From positions 1 through 40,788 of the forward strand of contig DASQPY010000105.1 of assembly GCA_035643735.1 (NCBI GenBank): 40,788 nt of DNA. Direction: 5' to 3'. Below are positions 12,509-21,726 of the stretch, piece by piece. The notes beneath the pieces were generated by a model. That model had not been told where the DNA came from, ran no database searches, and worked only from the letters and a program-made list of their open reading frames with translations. Positions within the stretch are counted from its first letter, which is position 1. The number at the start of each line of letters is the position of its first letter. Source of the stretch: Actinoallomurus sp. GTDB lineage: Bacteria; Actinomycetota; Actinomycetes; Streptosporangiales; Streptosporangiaceae. The translations under genes and the position numbers were made by a program.

Positions 12509-13323
12509 TCAGCTCGCCCGCTCGATCCGCCGGCGGATGTCTGCCAGGCGGCGAACGATGGTGCCGTCGATTTCCTCATCCCCCACTCGGATGGACATTC
12601 CACCCAATACGGAGGGATCGACCTCGATGTTCAGGTGAACGTCGTGGCCGTACTGTGCCGAGAGAACGGCGGCGAGTCGCGTCTTCTGCTGCTCGCTCAG
12701 CTCCACGGCGGTGCGGACCACCGCGACGAGGCGGTCGCGGCGCTCGGCGGCGATGCGGCCGAACTCGGCCAGCACACGCTCCAGACTACGTCCTCGCGGA
12801 TGCGTCACCGCCTCGATGATCAGCCGCAGCGCCGATGGCGTCGTCTTGCCGTCGAGCAGGTCGGTCAGCAGCTCGGCCTTGCGTTCGGCCGACACGCGCC
12901 GGTCGGCCAGCACTCCGCGCAGCTCCGGCTGCCCCTCGACGATGCGGCCGAAGCGGAACAGCTCGTCCTCAAGATCGTCAAGGTCGCTCACGGCCTCGGC
13001 GCTCGCCACCGTGGCGATCACGGCGAGCCGTTCGAGAGCGTCGGTGAGGTCAATCGACCGCGTCCACCGCGGCCGTACGATGTCCGCGACGAACTCCGCG
13101 GTGACCGAGTCGACCTTGCCCTCCAGAACGGCCGCGGCGAACTGCCCCCGCTGCTCCGGAGGCCGCGACGGGTCGGACAGCGCCCGCCGCAGCACGTGCT
13201 CGCGGTCGAGCAGCCGCAGCACCGCGAACAGCTCGTCGCCGAGCGTCGCGGCGTCGCCCGCGGACAGCGCGGACTCGAGCCGCTCCTCCGCCTCGGCGAG
13301 TGATGCCCTGCTAGCGCCCCTCA

Positions 13324-13324
<1 letters not shown>
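12509..13324 (-). CDS. atpH: ATP synthase delta (long actinobacterial type)
   Basis: [10 protein letters not shown] and VDPSVLGG...VGDEEIDGT; lies between atpF and atpA. Confidence 0.94.
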
Positions 13325-13902
<578 letters not shown>

Positions 13903-13916
13903 TCAGAGGACCTGGG

Positions 13917-14201
<285 letters not shown>

Positions 14202-14229
14202 TCAGGTGATGACGATCTGCGGTCGGGTC

Positions 14230-15018
14230 TCAGTGGTCGGAGTAGAGGCCGGCGCTTATGTAGAAGGCGGCCAGCAGCGTGAAGACGTAGGCCTGCACCG
14301 CCTGGATGAACAGCTCGAAGGCGGTCATGACGATGGTCAGTACCACGCCGAGGACGCCCACGCCGAAGCCGAGCGGGGTGACCTTCTCCCAGAGGAAGTG
14401 AAAGGCGACGGTCGCGAACAGTGCGATCAGGATATGACCGGCGAACATGTTCGCGAAGAGCCGTACGGCGTGCGTGAACGGCCGGATGAAGAAGGTCGAG
14501 ACGAACTCGATCGGGATGACGATGATGTAGAGCGCCCAGGGCAGGTCGGGCGGCATCGTCGCGTTCTTCAGCAGGCCGAAGAGACCCTGGCTCTTGACCC
14601 CCACGACCCAGAAGGTCAGGTAGATCAGGACGGCCAGCACGAGCGGGAACGCGATCCGGGAGTTCACCGGGAACTGGGCGACCGGCACGACCGACATGAG
14701 GTTGCCGATCCACACGAAGAAGAAGACCGGTATCAGCAGGCGCATCCAGGACTCGGCGTCCTTGCCCAGGAACGGCCGGCCGATCTCGTCGCGCACGAAC
14801 ATGTAGGCGACCTCGCCGACGTTCTGCCAGCCTCGCGGCACCAGCTGCGGCTTGGAGAACGCGGCCCAGAAGAAGCCGATGACGATGATCATGACCAGCA
14901 GGACCAGGACGATCGGCTTGGCGACCGCGAAGGGACCTATATGGAAGAGGGGCTTCCACTCGAACAGGCCGAGTCCCGGGGCTTCGAAATCTTTGGCGAG
15001 GATGTGCGGGGCACTCAC
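14230..15018 (-). CDS. atpB: ATP synthase Fo subunit a
   Basis: RPFTHAVRLFANMFAGH and QAYVFTLL; GTG start after AAAGGA. Confidence 0.95.
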   Translation of the reverse strand: MSAPHILAKDFEAPGLGLFEWKPLFHIGPFAVAKPIVLVLLVMIIVIGFFWAAFSKPQLVPRGWQNVGEVAYMFVRDEIGRPFLGKDAESWMRLLIPVFFFVWIGNLMSVVPVAQFPVNSRIAFPLVLAVLIYLTFWVVGVKSQGLFGLLKNATMPPDLPWALYIIVIPIEFVSTFFIRPFTHAVRLFANMFAGHILIALFATVAFHFLWEKVTPLGFGVGVLGVVLTIVMTAFELFIQAVQAYVFTLLAAFYISAGLYSDH

Positions 15019-15100
15019 CCGGTGTTCCTTTCGCTGTCGTAGCTCATCAAGGCGGCAACCTTGCTGTCGTCTCGGTGGGCCACGGCCCCGCTCGGCGCGC

Positions 15101-15319
15101 TCAGCGGCCGTAGCGGACGTAGACCAGGTATCCAGCGAAGACCAGGCCCAGCACCAGGAAGATGGGTAGCAGCGCCTGGATGTCCAGCCATCGAGCGAGG
15201 AGCCAGCCCACACCGCCGAAGACCAGCATCCCAGCCAGAATGGTGGCGGGGGCGGCCGACACGGCGTTCGCGAACTCGCGGTCTTCCGACTCGGTGGGCA
15301 GACGCCCATTTCCAGTCAT
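15101..15319 (-). CDS. AtpZ/AtpI-family small membrane protein
   Basis: 72 aa, two TMs with G..GW.L.RWL pattern, immediately upstream of atpB. Confidence 0.75.
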   Translation of the reverse strand: MTGNGRLPTESEDREFANAVSAAPATILAGMLVFGGVGWLLARWLDIQALLPIFLVLGLVFAGYLVYVRYGR

Positions 15320-15379
15320 CGCGCTCCGGACGATAGCAGGCCACCTGCCGCATAGTCATATTGGAGTAGTCCAATGTCA

Positions 15380-15808
15380 TCATGTGCCGGGTTTGCCAAG
15401 ATCACGCGACCCGTGGCCGGAGTCGACGTAGGGGGCCTTGGCGTTGATCGTGGCATTCACCTCGGCGGCGAGCCAGACGATGGTAAGGGCGAGCACGGTC
15501 CAGCCGAACGCGTGGGCGTTCCAGGCGGTCACGTGGTTGAGCGCCGCGATCAGCGCGAACACCGCCACCAGCTTGACGAGATAGCCGAACAGACCCGCCA
15601 CCATCACGAGCTGTTGCGACAGTCTCGAGACATAGCTGACGACGAGCATCCCGAGGGTGAAGAATACGAGCACGAGAACAGCCCCGATGGCCGAGCCGAG
15701 CGCGCCCTTGCCTCCTGCGAGCAGGAGACCGGCGATGACGGCGCCCAGGCCTGCCAGACTTGTGGGGATCGCGGCGCCGCGGAGGATCCGGGCGTCGGTG
15801 GAGTGCAT
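15380..15808 (-). CDS. atpI: ATP synthase protein I-like membrane protein
   Basis: 142 aa, four TMs, Y.VK motif; first gene of the atp operon. Confidence 0.75.
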   Translation of the reverse strand: MHSTDARILRGAAIPTSLAGLGAVIAGLLLAGGKGALGSAIGAVLVLVFFTLGMLVVSYVSRLSQQLVMVAGLFGYLVKLVAVFALIAALNHVTAWNAHAFGWTVLALTIVWLAAEVNATINAKAPYVDSGHGSRDLGKPGT

Positions 15809-15847
15809 GTGTGCTCCGGGGTGTCACAGTGGGTGGTTGCTGCCCGC

Positions 15848-15865
15848 TCGTGAAAGATATCACAA
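15848..15865. promoter_or_regulatory. Rex operator-like palindrome upstream of the atp operon
   Basis: Minus strand TTGTGATATCTTTCACGA versus Rex consensus TTGTGAA-N4-TTCACAA; it also fits a CRP box. Confidence 0.65.
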
Positions 15866-15914
15866 GCTTCTCAGACTCCAGGATTACCCGTCAAGTAATG
15901 GCAAAGTGCGCAGT

Positions 15915-17060
15915 TCAGGCGGGCTGCCGAGGTCGCTCGTCGGCTGATCGTTCCGCGGTACGGTGCCGTCGCCCGTGCGGCCGCAGTTGCGGGAAGGCCA
16001 TGACGACGAGTGCCGCGATCGCGACCAGGCTCGCGACCGACAGCACCACGAGCGGCGACTTGACCGCCGACAGCGCGACCACGCCGAACGAGAACAGCCC
16101 CGTCCACAGGTACATCACCAGGGCGGCGCCCCGGTGGGAGTGGCCGAGGTCGAGCAGCCGGTGGTGCAGGTGCTTTTTGTCCGGCGCGAACGGCGACCGG
16201 CCGTCGTAGGAGCGGCGGATCACCGCCATCAGCATGTCGGCGTACGGGACGACCAGGATCGCGAGCGGGATCAGCGGCAGGATCGTCGGGAACCGGTTGA
16301 TCGAGCCGCGCAGCGCGACCGGGTCGAACCCCGACACCGTGATCATGGACGTGGCCAGGAGCAGCCCGATCAGCATCGACCCGGTGTCACCCATGAAGAT
16401 CCGCGCCGGGCTGAAGTTGTGCGGCAGGAACCCCACGCACATGCCGGCGAGGACCGCCGCGATGAGCGCGGGCGCCGACTGGTGGTCCAGATGGACGACG
16501 ACCGTGACCAGGAAGGCGTAGAGGAAGAAGGCGAGCGCCGATACGCCGACGATGCCGGCGGCCAGGCCGTCGAGGCCGTCGATGAAGTTGACCGCGTTGA
16601 TCGTGGCGACCACGAGGACGATCGTCAGCGGCACGCCGTACGACGGGGGCAGCACGAGGGTCGCGCCCGGCAGCGGGATCCACAGGAGCTGCACGCCGTT
16701 CATGATGAGCAGGCCGGCCGCCGCGACCTGACCGGCCATCTTGGTCAGCGCGTCGATCTCCCACCGGTCGTCGGCGATGCCGACCACGACGAGCAGGCCA
16801 CCGGCCGACAGGAGCCCGATCCAGGTGGGGCTTTCGGTGAAGACCTTGTGCAGGTGAGGCAGGCGTGAGGCCATCAGCAGCGCCGCCAGCATCCCGAGGA
16901 ACATCGCCAGGCCGCCCAGACGCGGCGTCGGGATCGCATGGACGTCGCGGTCGCGTACCGGGGTCATCGCCTTGAACCAGATGGCGAACTTCAGCACCAG
17001 CGGAACGAGGAGGTATGTGACGATCGCGCCCGTCAGGAACGTGAGGATGTACTCCCTCAC
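15915..17060 (-). CDS. rfe: WecA/Rfe/TagO-type polyprenyl-phosphate GlcNAc-1-phosphate transferase (MraY family)
   Basis: [35 protein letters not shown] and DKKHLHHRL. Confidence 0.9.
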   Translation of the reverse strand: MREYILTFLTGAIVTYLLVPLVLKFAIWFKAMTPVRDRDVHAIPTPRLGGLAMFLGMLAALLMASRLPHLHKVFTESPTWIGLLSAGGLLVVVGIADDRWEIDALTKMAGQVAAAGLLIMNGVQLLWIPLPGATLVLPPSYGVPLTIVLVVATINAVNFIDGLDGLAAGIVGVSALAFFLYAFLVTVVVHLDHQSAPALIAAVLAGMCVGFLPHNFSPARIFMGDTGSMLIGLLLATSMITVSGFDPVALRGSINRFPTILPLIPLAILVVPYADMLMAVIRRSYDGRSPFAPDKKHLHHRLLDLGHSHRGAALVMYLWTGLFSFGVVALSAVKSPLVVLSVASLVAIAALVVMAFPQLRPHGRRHRTAERSADERPRQPA

Positions 17061-17238
17061 CGCTCCACCTCCCTTGACCGGGCGCCGGCGCCCGTTACGA
17101 ACCAGGCACCAACTCTATTGCTCCTGGCCGACCGGGACGCCCGTCGCAGGTACTCACGTCCCGGGATCGGCGCATCACATTTCAGTCACCCTGCGTGAGC
17201 CTCCACAGTTCAGTGGCGGTGCTCGCTAGGGTGCGCCC

Positions 17239-17700
17239 GTGAAGGTCACCCAGATCTGCGCACTCGTTCTCGCGCTCGGCTCCGGCTGCGCACGCGGCAC
17301 GACGCTGCCCGAGGCGGCCGGCCGGCTCGAGTCCGACTCTCGCGATGTCCTGGCCGAGGGCGCGCGAAAGCTCGGCACACCCGGCGCGCGTCCCCGGATC
17401 GTCTTCGACGCCCGTCATCCGTGCGGGGACGGCAGGTCCCGACAGCTCCTGCGCGGCACCGTCCCGTTGCGTCAGGGACCCGATCCACGCGTCGATCTGG
17501 ACAATGCGACCGATGTCTCGATCGGACTGGCGCGGGCGCGGGGTTATCGGCTCGAACACCCGCCGGCAATCACGCGCCAATTCCGTACTTTCACGATGAT
17601 GCGCGAAGGCTCCATCGTGCGAATGGTCGTCCAACTCCACGGCGGACATCACTCCTCCATGCGCATCGACGCCTCCACTCTCTGCCTTCCGGGCGCCTGA
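17239..17700 (+). CDS. Putative lipoprotein, unknown function
   Basis: Signal with lipobox-like LGSGC, two further Cys in the mature region; TAGGGT 6 nt before the GTG (leaderless). Confidence 0.65.
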   Translation: MKVTQICALVLALGSGCARGTTLPEAAGRLESDSRDVLAEGARKLGTPGARPRIVFDARHPCGDGRSRQLLRGTVPLRQGPDPRVDLDNATDVSIGLARARGYRLEHPPAITRQFRTFTMMREGSIVRMVVQLHGGHHSSMRIDASTLCLPGA

Positions 17701-17987
17701 CGAGCGCGCGTACAGCCGAGAGTGAACGAGGGCGGCGTCGGTGACGCTGCGTTCTCCCAGGTCCCGGGGGGTCGCCGCGTGGCGGCGAGCTCTCGGAGCG
17801 CGCGGGTACGTGCCGACCTGATCCGTTAGACACCTGAATGAGGGCATTGGTTTGGCCACTCCGGTCACGAATACATCACGTACGCGATACTCCCCCTCTG
17901 CGCATCTCTTTTTCCGGGCAAGGACCGAAGTGCTCGGGCTGCTACCATCGCCGTTTCGTTCCGGCGAGGCGATCATCAGGGGGATCA

Positions 17988-18392
17988 ATGCGGGGAGTCG
18001 CGATGGTGACTCTGGCGGCCGGTGTCATCATCACCGCGCTCTCGCTGACCGCGATCCCGGCGGACGCCGAGGCCGGCTTCTGGCGGTCGGCGGGACTGTC
18101 CGGGGTGGACGCCTTCGGCGTCTACCGCACGCACGCGGCCAAGGTGAAGCTCTCCTTCTTCCTCAAGGACCTCAAGAAGGACGGGGCAAGCCCCTCCGTC
18201 CGGTTCACCTTCACCGAGCGGCACCACCAGAACTTCGTACGCGTCGCGGCGCTCCGTCCCGGGGTGCACCGCGCGTGGCAGACCGTGAGCTCGGCGAACA
18301 CCGCCCACCTGTACGTCCAGGAGTGCGTCGGGACGTGGCACCGAAAGGCGTTCCGGACCAAGAAGTGCGCAGGCTGGCGCCGGCGCTACTGA
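17988..18392 (+). CDS. Secreted basic hypothetical protein
   Basis: Sec signal ending ADA/AEA, G/C-rich third codon positions, C-terminal Cys pair; AGGGGGA before the ATG. Confidence 0.7.
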   Translation: MRGVAMVTLAAGVIITALSLTAIPADAEAGFWRSAGLSGVDAFGVYRTHAAKVKLSFFLKDLKKDGASPSVRFTFTERHHQNFVRVAALRPGVHRAWQTVSSANTAHLYVQECVGTWHRKAFRTKKCAGWRRRY

Positions 18393-19261
18393 CGGTGCTG
18401 TTCTTCGGCGGGGGTGGCGGGCGCGTCCGCGCCGTCCGGCGTCCCTGCCGCCGTCTCAGCGGGCTCCGCGGGCTTTGCCGCCTCCGCGGACGCCTCGGAC
18501 TCGGCCGCCTCCGCGGAATCCGCGGGCTTGGCCGCCTCCACGGGCTTGGCGGGCTCTTCGGACGTGGCGGGCTCTTCGGGCTCCTCAGCCTGTTCGGCGG
18601 GCTCGTCGTCGTCGCTGAGCAGCACCCCGCACACCTCGCGGATGCGTTCTTCGGAGATGGCTCCCGCGCGCAGGAGACGCGGGACGGCGCCGGTCAGGTC
18701 CACGATCGAGGAGGGATCCGCCTCGCCACTCGCGCCGTCGTCGAGGTAGACCTCGACGGAGTCGCCGAGCTGTGCCTCGGCGTCCTCGGCGGTGCGGGCC
18801 GGCGCGGCGCCTGAGCGGTTGGCGCTGCTCACCGCGAGCGGCCCCGTCTCCTTGAGCAGCTCCAGCGTCAGCTGGTGCAGCGGCATGCGGACCGCGACGG
18901 TGCCCTTGCTGTCGCCGAGATCCCAGGCGAGAGTGCTGTTGGCCCGGCACACCAGCGTGAGCGCCCCCGGCCAGAACTCATCGACGAGGTCCTGCCCGTA
19001 CGTGCCGAAGTCCTCGACCAGCGCCTGGGCGGCACGGACCGAGCCGACCAGCACCGGAGCGGGCATGTCGCGGCCACGGCCCTTGGCCTCCAGCAGTGCG
19101 GTCACCGCGGCGGGGGTGAAGGCATCGGCACCGATGCCGTACACCGTGTCGGTCGGCAGCACCACCAGCTCGCCGCGGCGTACGGCCGAAACCGCCTCCG
19201 CGATCCCGCGCGTGCGCTCCATCGGGTCTGAGCAGTCATAGCGTCGGCTCACGGCCGCCAT
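18386..19261 (-). CDS. tsaC: L-threonylcarbamoyladenylate synthase (Sua5/YrdC) with acidic low-complexity tail
   Basis: PTDTVYG, KGR, FWPGALTLV, AVRMP and SSANRSG; start at 19261 (ATG) or 19252 (GTG). Confidence 0.92.
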   Translation of the reverse strand: MAAVSRRYDCSDPMERTRGIAEAVSAVRRGELVVLPTDTVYGIGADAFTPAAVTALLEAKGRGRDMPAPVLVGSVRAAQALVEDFGTYGQDLVDEFWPGALTLVCRANSTLAWDLGDSKGTVAVRMPLHQLTLELLKETGPLAVSSANRSGAAPARTAEDAEAQLGDSVEVYLDDGASGEADPSSIVDLTGAVPRLLRAGAISEERIREVCGVLLSDDDEPAEQAEEPEEPATSEEPAKPVEAAKPADSAEAAESEASAEAAKPAEPAETAAGTPDGADAPATPAEEQHRQ

Positions 19262-19308
19262 TCTTCCACCGCCCGGCAGTCCTTCACGCACGAGCCTCAC
19301 GCACGGGC

Positions 19309-20172
19309 TCAGTCGGTGCCCAGACGTGCGGTGACGAAGCGGTCGCGGCCGGTCAGGTCCTTGTGGTTGCGCATGTCGCGCCACCCGTGTTCTTCGGCGA
19401 AGATCCAGTAGACCGGGTTGCCCTGCAGGTCGCTGTGCTCGACGGCCGCCCAGCCGCCGGGGCGCAGCAGCCGCCGCGCCGCGCGCTCGACCACGCGGAC
19501 CGCGTCCAGGCCGTCGTCGCCGCCACCCCACAGGGCCGGCGGCGGGTCGAAGTCGCGCACGTCACCCGGGACGTACTCCCATTCGGACATGGGGATGTAC
19601 GGCGGGTTGCTGACGACCAGGTCGACGGTGCCGTCGAGATCGCGCAGAGCGTCGGCGAAGTCGCCGAGGTGCAGCCGGACCCGGCCGCGTTCGTCCAGGT
19701 CCTCGACGTTGCGGGTGGCGTGGACGTAGGCCTTGGGGTCTTTTTCCACCGCGTGCACCCGCGCGCGGGGAACCTCCTGGGCGATGGACAGCGCGATGGC
19801 GCCGGAGCCGGTGCCGAGGTCGACGACGAGCGGGTCGCCGACATCCATGGTGCGAAGCGTGTCGATCGCCCAGCCCGCGACCACCTCGGTCTCCGGACGC
19901 GGCACGAACACGCCCGGCCCCACCCGCAACTCCAGATAGCGGAAGAACGCCCGCCCCGTAATGTGCTGCAGGGGCTCGCCCGCCTCACGGCGTGCGATGC
20001 CCTCCCAGAACCGCGCGTCGAACGAGGCGTCCGGCACACCATGCAGCTCGGCGCGCCTGACGCCGTGCACGAACGCCGCGAGCTCCTCGGCGTCGGCCCG
20101 GGGCGACGGAATCCCCGCGGCGGCCAGCCGTGCCGTCGCGCGGGCGATCTCGTCGGAGAGCAGATGGTTCAT
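19309..20172 (-). CDS. prmC: Release factor glutamine methyltransferase
   Basis: EPLQHI, VFVPRPETE, VDLGTGSG and SNPPY. Confidence 0.95.
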   Translation of the reverse strand: MNHLLSDEIARATARLAAAGIPSPRADAEELAAFVHGVRRAELHGVPDASFDARFWEGIARREAGEPLQHITGRAFFRYLELRVGPGVFVPRPETEVVAGWAIDTLRTMDVGDPLVVDLGTGSGAIALSIAQEVPRARVHAVEKDPKAYVHATRNVEDLDERGRVRLHLGDFADALRDLDGTVDLVVSNPPYIPMSEWEYVPGDVRDFDPPPALWGGGDDGLDAVRVVERAARRLLRPGGWAAVEHSDLQGNPVYWIFAEEHGWRDMRNHKDLTGRDRFVTARLGTD

Positions 20173-20187
20173 TGGTTATGTCACTGG

Positions 20188-21243
20188 TCAGGTTGCTTCT
20201 GCGAGCTTGTGCTCCATGTCGGCGTCGACGAGCGCCTGGATGACGTTGTCCAGGTCACCGTCGAGCACCTGGTCGAGGTTGTAGGCCTTGTAGCCCACGC
20301 GGTGGTCGGAGATGCGGTTCTCCGGATAGTTGTAGGTGCGGACCCGCTCGGAACGGTCGACCGTGCGCACCTGGCTCTTGCGCTCGGCCGCCGCGGCGGC
20401 GTCGGCCTGCTCCTGCGCGGCGGCCAGCAGCCGGGCCCGCAGGATGCGCATGGCCTGCTCCTTGTTCTGGAGCTGACTCTTCTCGTTCTGGCAGGAGACG
20501 ACGATGCCGGTGGGCAGGTGCGTGATCCGGACCGCGGAGTCGGTGGTGTTGACGCTCTGGCCGCCGGGGCCGCTGGAGCGGAACACATCGATGCGCAGAT
20601 CGTTCGGGTCGATCTGGACCTCGACGTCCTCGGCCTCGGGCACGACGAACACGCCCGCCGCACTGGTGTGGATACGGCCCTGGGACTCGGTCGCGGGGAC
20701 CCGCTGGACGCGGTGCACACCGCCTTCATACTTCAGACGCGCCCACACACCCTCGGCGGATGCGCGTGACTTCACCGCGACGGTGACGTCTTTGTAACCA
20801 CCGAGGTCGGAGTGCTGGGCGTCGATGACCTCGGTCTTCCAGCCGGCACGCTCGGCGTAGCGGAGGTACATCCGCAGCAGGTCGCCCGCGAACAGCGCCG
20901 ACTCCTCACCGCCCTCGCCCGCCTTGACCTCGAGAATGACGTCCTTGCCGTCGCTCGGATCGCGCGGCACGAGCAGCCGTCGCAGCGTCTCCTCGAGCTC
21001 TCCGATGCGCTTTTCCAGCTCGGCCGCCTCTTCGGCGAACGCCGGGTCCTCGGCCGCCAGCTCGCGGGCGGCGGCGGCGTCGTCGTGAGCCGCGCGGTAC
21101 TCGCGCGCGACCTCGACGATCGGCCGGAGCTCGGCGTAGCGCTTGCCGAGACGACGCGCCTCGGCCTGGTCGGCGTGTACCGCCGGGTCGGCGAGCCGCT
21201 TTTCGATGTCGGCGTATTCGCTGGTCAGATCGTCGAGATTCAC
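20188..21243 (-). CDS. prfA: Peptide chain release factor 1
   Basis: GGEES, RVPATE (PxT), GPGGQSVN and RTYN; GTG start at 21243. Confidence 0.96.
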   Translation of the reverse strand: MNLDDLTSEYADIEKRLADPAVHADQAEARRLGKRYAELRPIVEVAREYRAAHDDAAAARELAAEDPAFAEEAAELEKRIGELEETLRRLLVPRDPSDGKDVILEVKAGEGGEESALFAGDLLRMYLRYAERAGWKTEVIDAQHSDLGGYKDVTVAVKSRASAEGVWARLKYEGGVHRVQRVPATESQGRIHTSAAGVFVVPEAEDVEVQIDPNDLRIDVFRSSGPGGQSVNTTDSAVRITHLPTGIVVSCQNEKSQLQNKEQAMRILRARLLAAAQEQADAAAAAERKSQVRTVDRSERVRTYNYPENRISDHRVGYKAYNLDQVLDGDLDNVIQALVDADMEHKLAEAT

Positions 21244-21323
21244 GTCAGGTCCTGGGTTGGCACTGGGCAGGCAGGCCGGCGCCGACCGAAGATCGCCTCT
21301 TCGGCCGGCGAAACACGCAATGG

Positions 21324-21566
21324 TTACTTCTCGTCGCCCGTGGCCTTCTTGCCGCCCGTGGCCTTCTTGCCGAAGCGCCGTTCGAACCGGGCCACACGGC
21401 CACCGGTGTCGAGGATCTTCTGCTTGCCCGTGTAGAACGGGTGGCAGTTCGAGCACACGTCGGCGTGAATGGCGCCATTCTGAGCGGTGCTGCGGGTCTC
21501 GAAGGTGTTCCCGCAGGTACACGTCACAGTGGTGACGTCATAGTCCGGGTGGATTTCAGGCTTCAC
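21324..21566 (-). CDS. rpmE: 50S ribosomal protein L31 (zinc-binding form)
   Basis: [12 protein letters not shown]...CSNC and HPFYTG; C-terminal KKATG duplicated. Confidence 0.96.
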   Translation of the reverse strand: MKPEIHPDYDVTTVTCTCGNTFETRSTAQNGAIHADVCSNCHPFYTGKQKILDTGGRVARFERRFGKKATGGKKATGDEK

Positions 21567-21584
21567 TACTTCTCCTCGCTTCAG

Positions 21585-21633
21585 GCGGTCGCCGGGTCAT
21601 CTCCGGGGATCCGGGGATGTGAACCGGTACCGC
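21585..21633 (-). ncRNA. Putative L31 (rpmE) leader RNA structure
   Basis: GCGGTACCGGTTCAC...GACCCGGCGACCGC folds into an interrupted stem just upstream of the RBS. Confidence 0.5.
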
Positions 21634-21659
21634 AGCGCGTACCAGTGTGCCAGATTGCA

Positions 21660-21687
21660 CAACATGCCGAGGCCACCGCGCATTCCC
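21660..21687 (-). promoter_or_regulatory. SigR/SigH-type promoter for rpmE
   Basis: GGGAAT-N18-GTTG, an exact match to the sigma-R consensus. Confidence 0.7.
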
Positions 21688-21726
21688 CGGCCCGTACGGG
21701 GCCCGTGGGCCCGCGTACGGGGCCGG
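21687..21726. terminator. Hairpin after mmpL
   Basis: Imperfect inverted repeat CCGGCCCGTACGGGGCCC / GGGCCCGCGTACGGGGCCGG. Confidence 0.55.

Noticed and set aside
14230-15309. N-terminally extended AtpB, and similar extensions of PrfA, TsaC and LysA in the ORF track
   Set aside because: The extensions overlap real upstream genes, and downstream starts match where homology begins.
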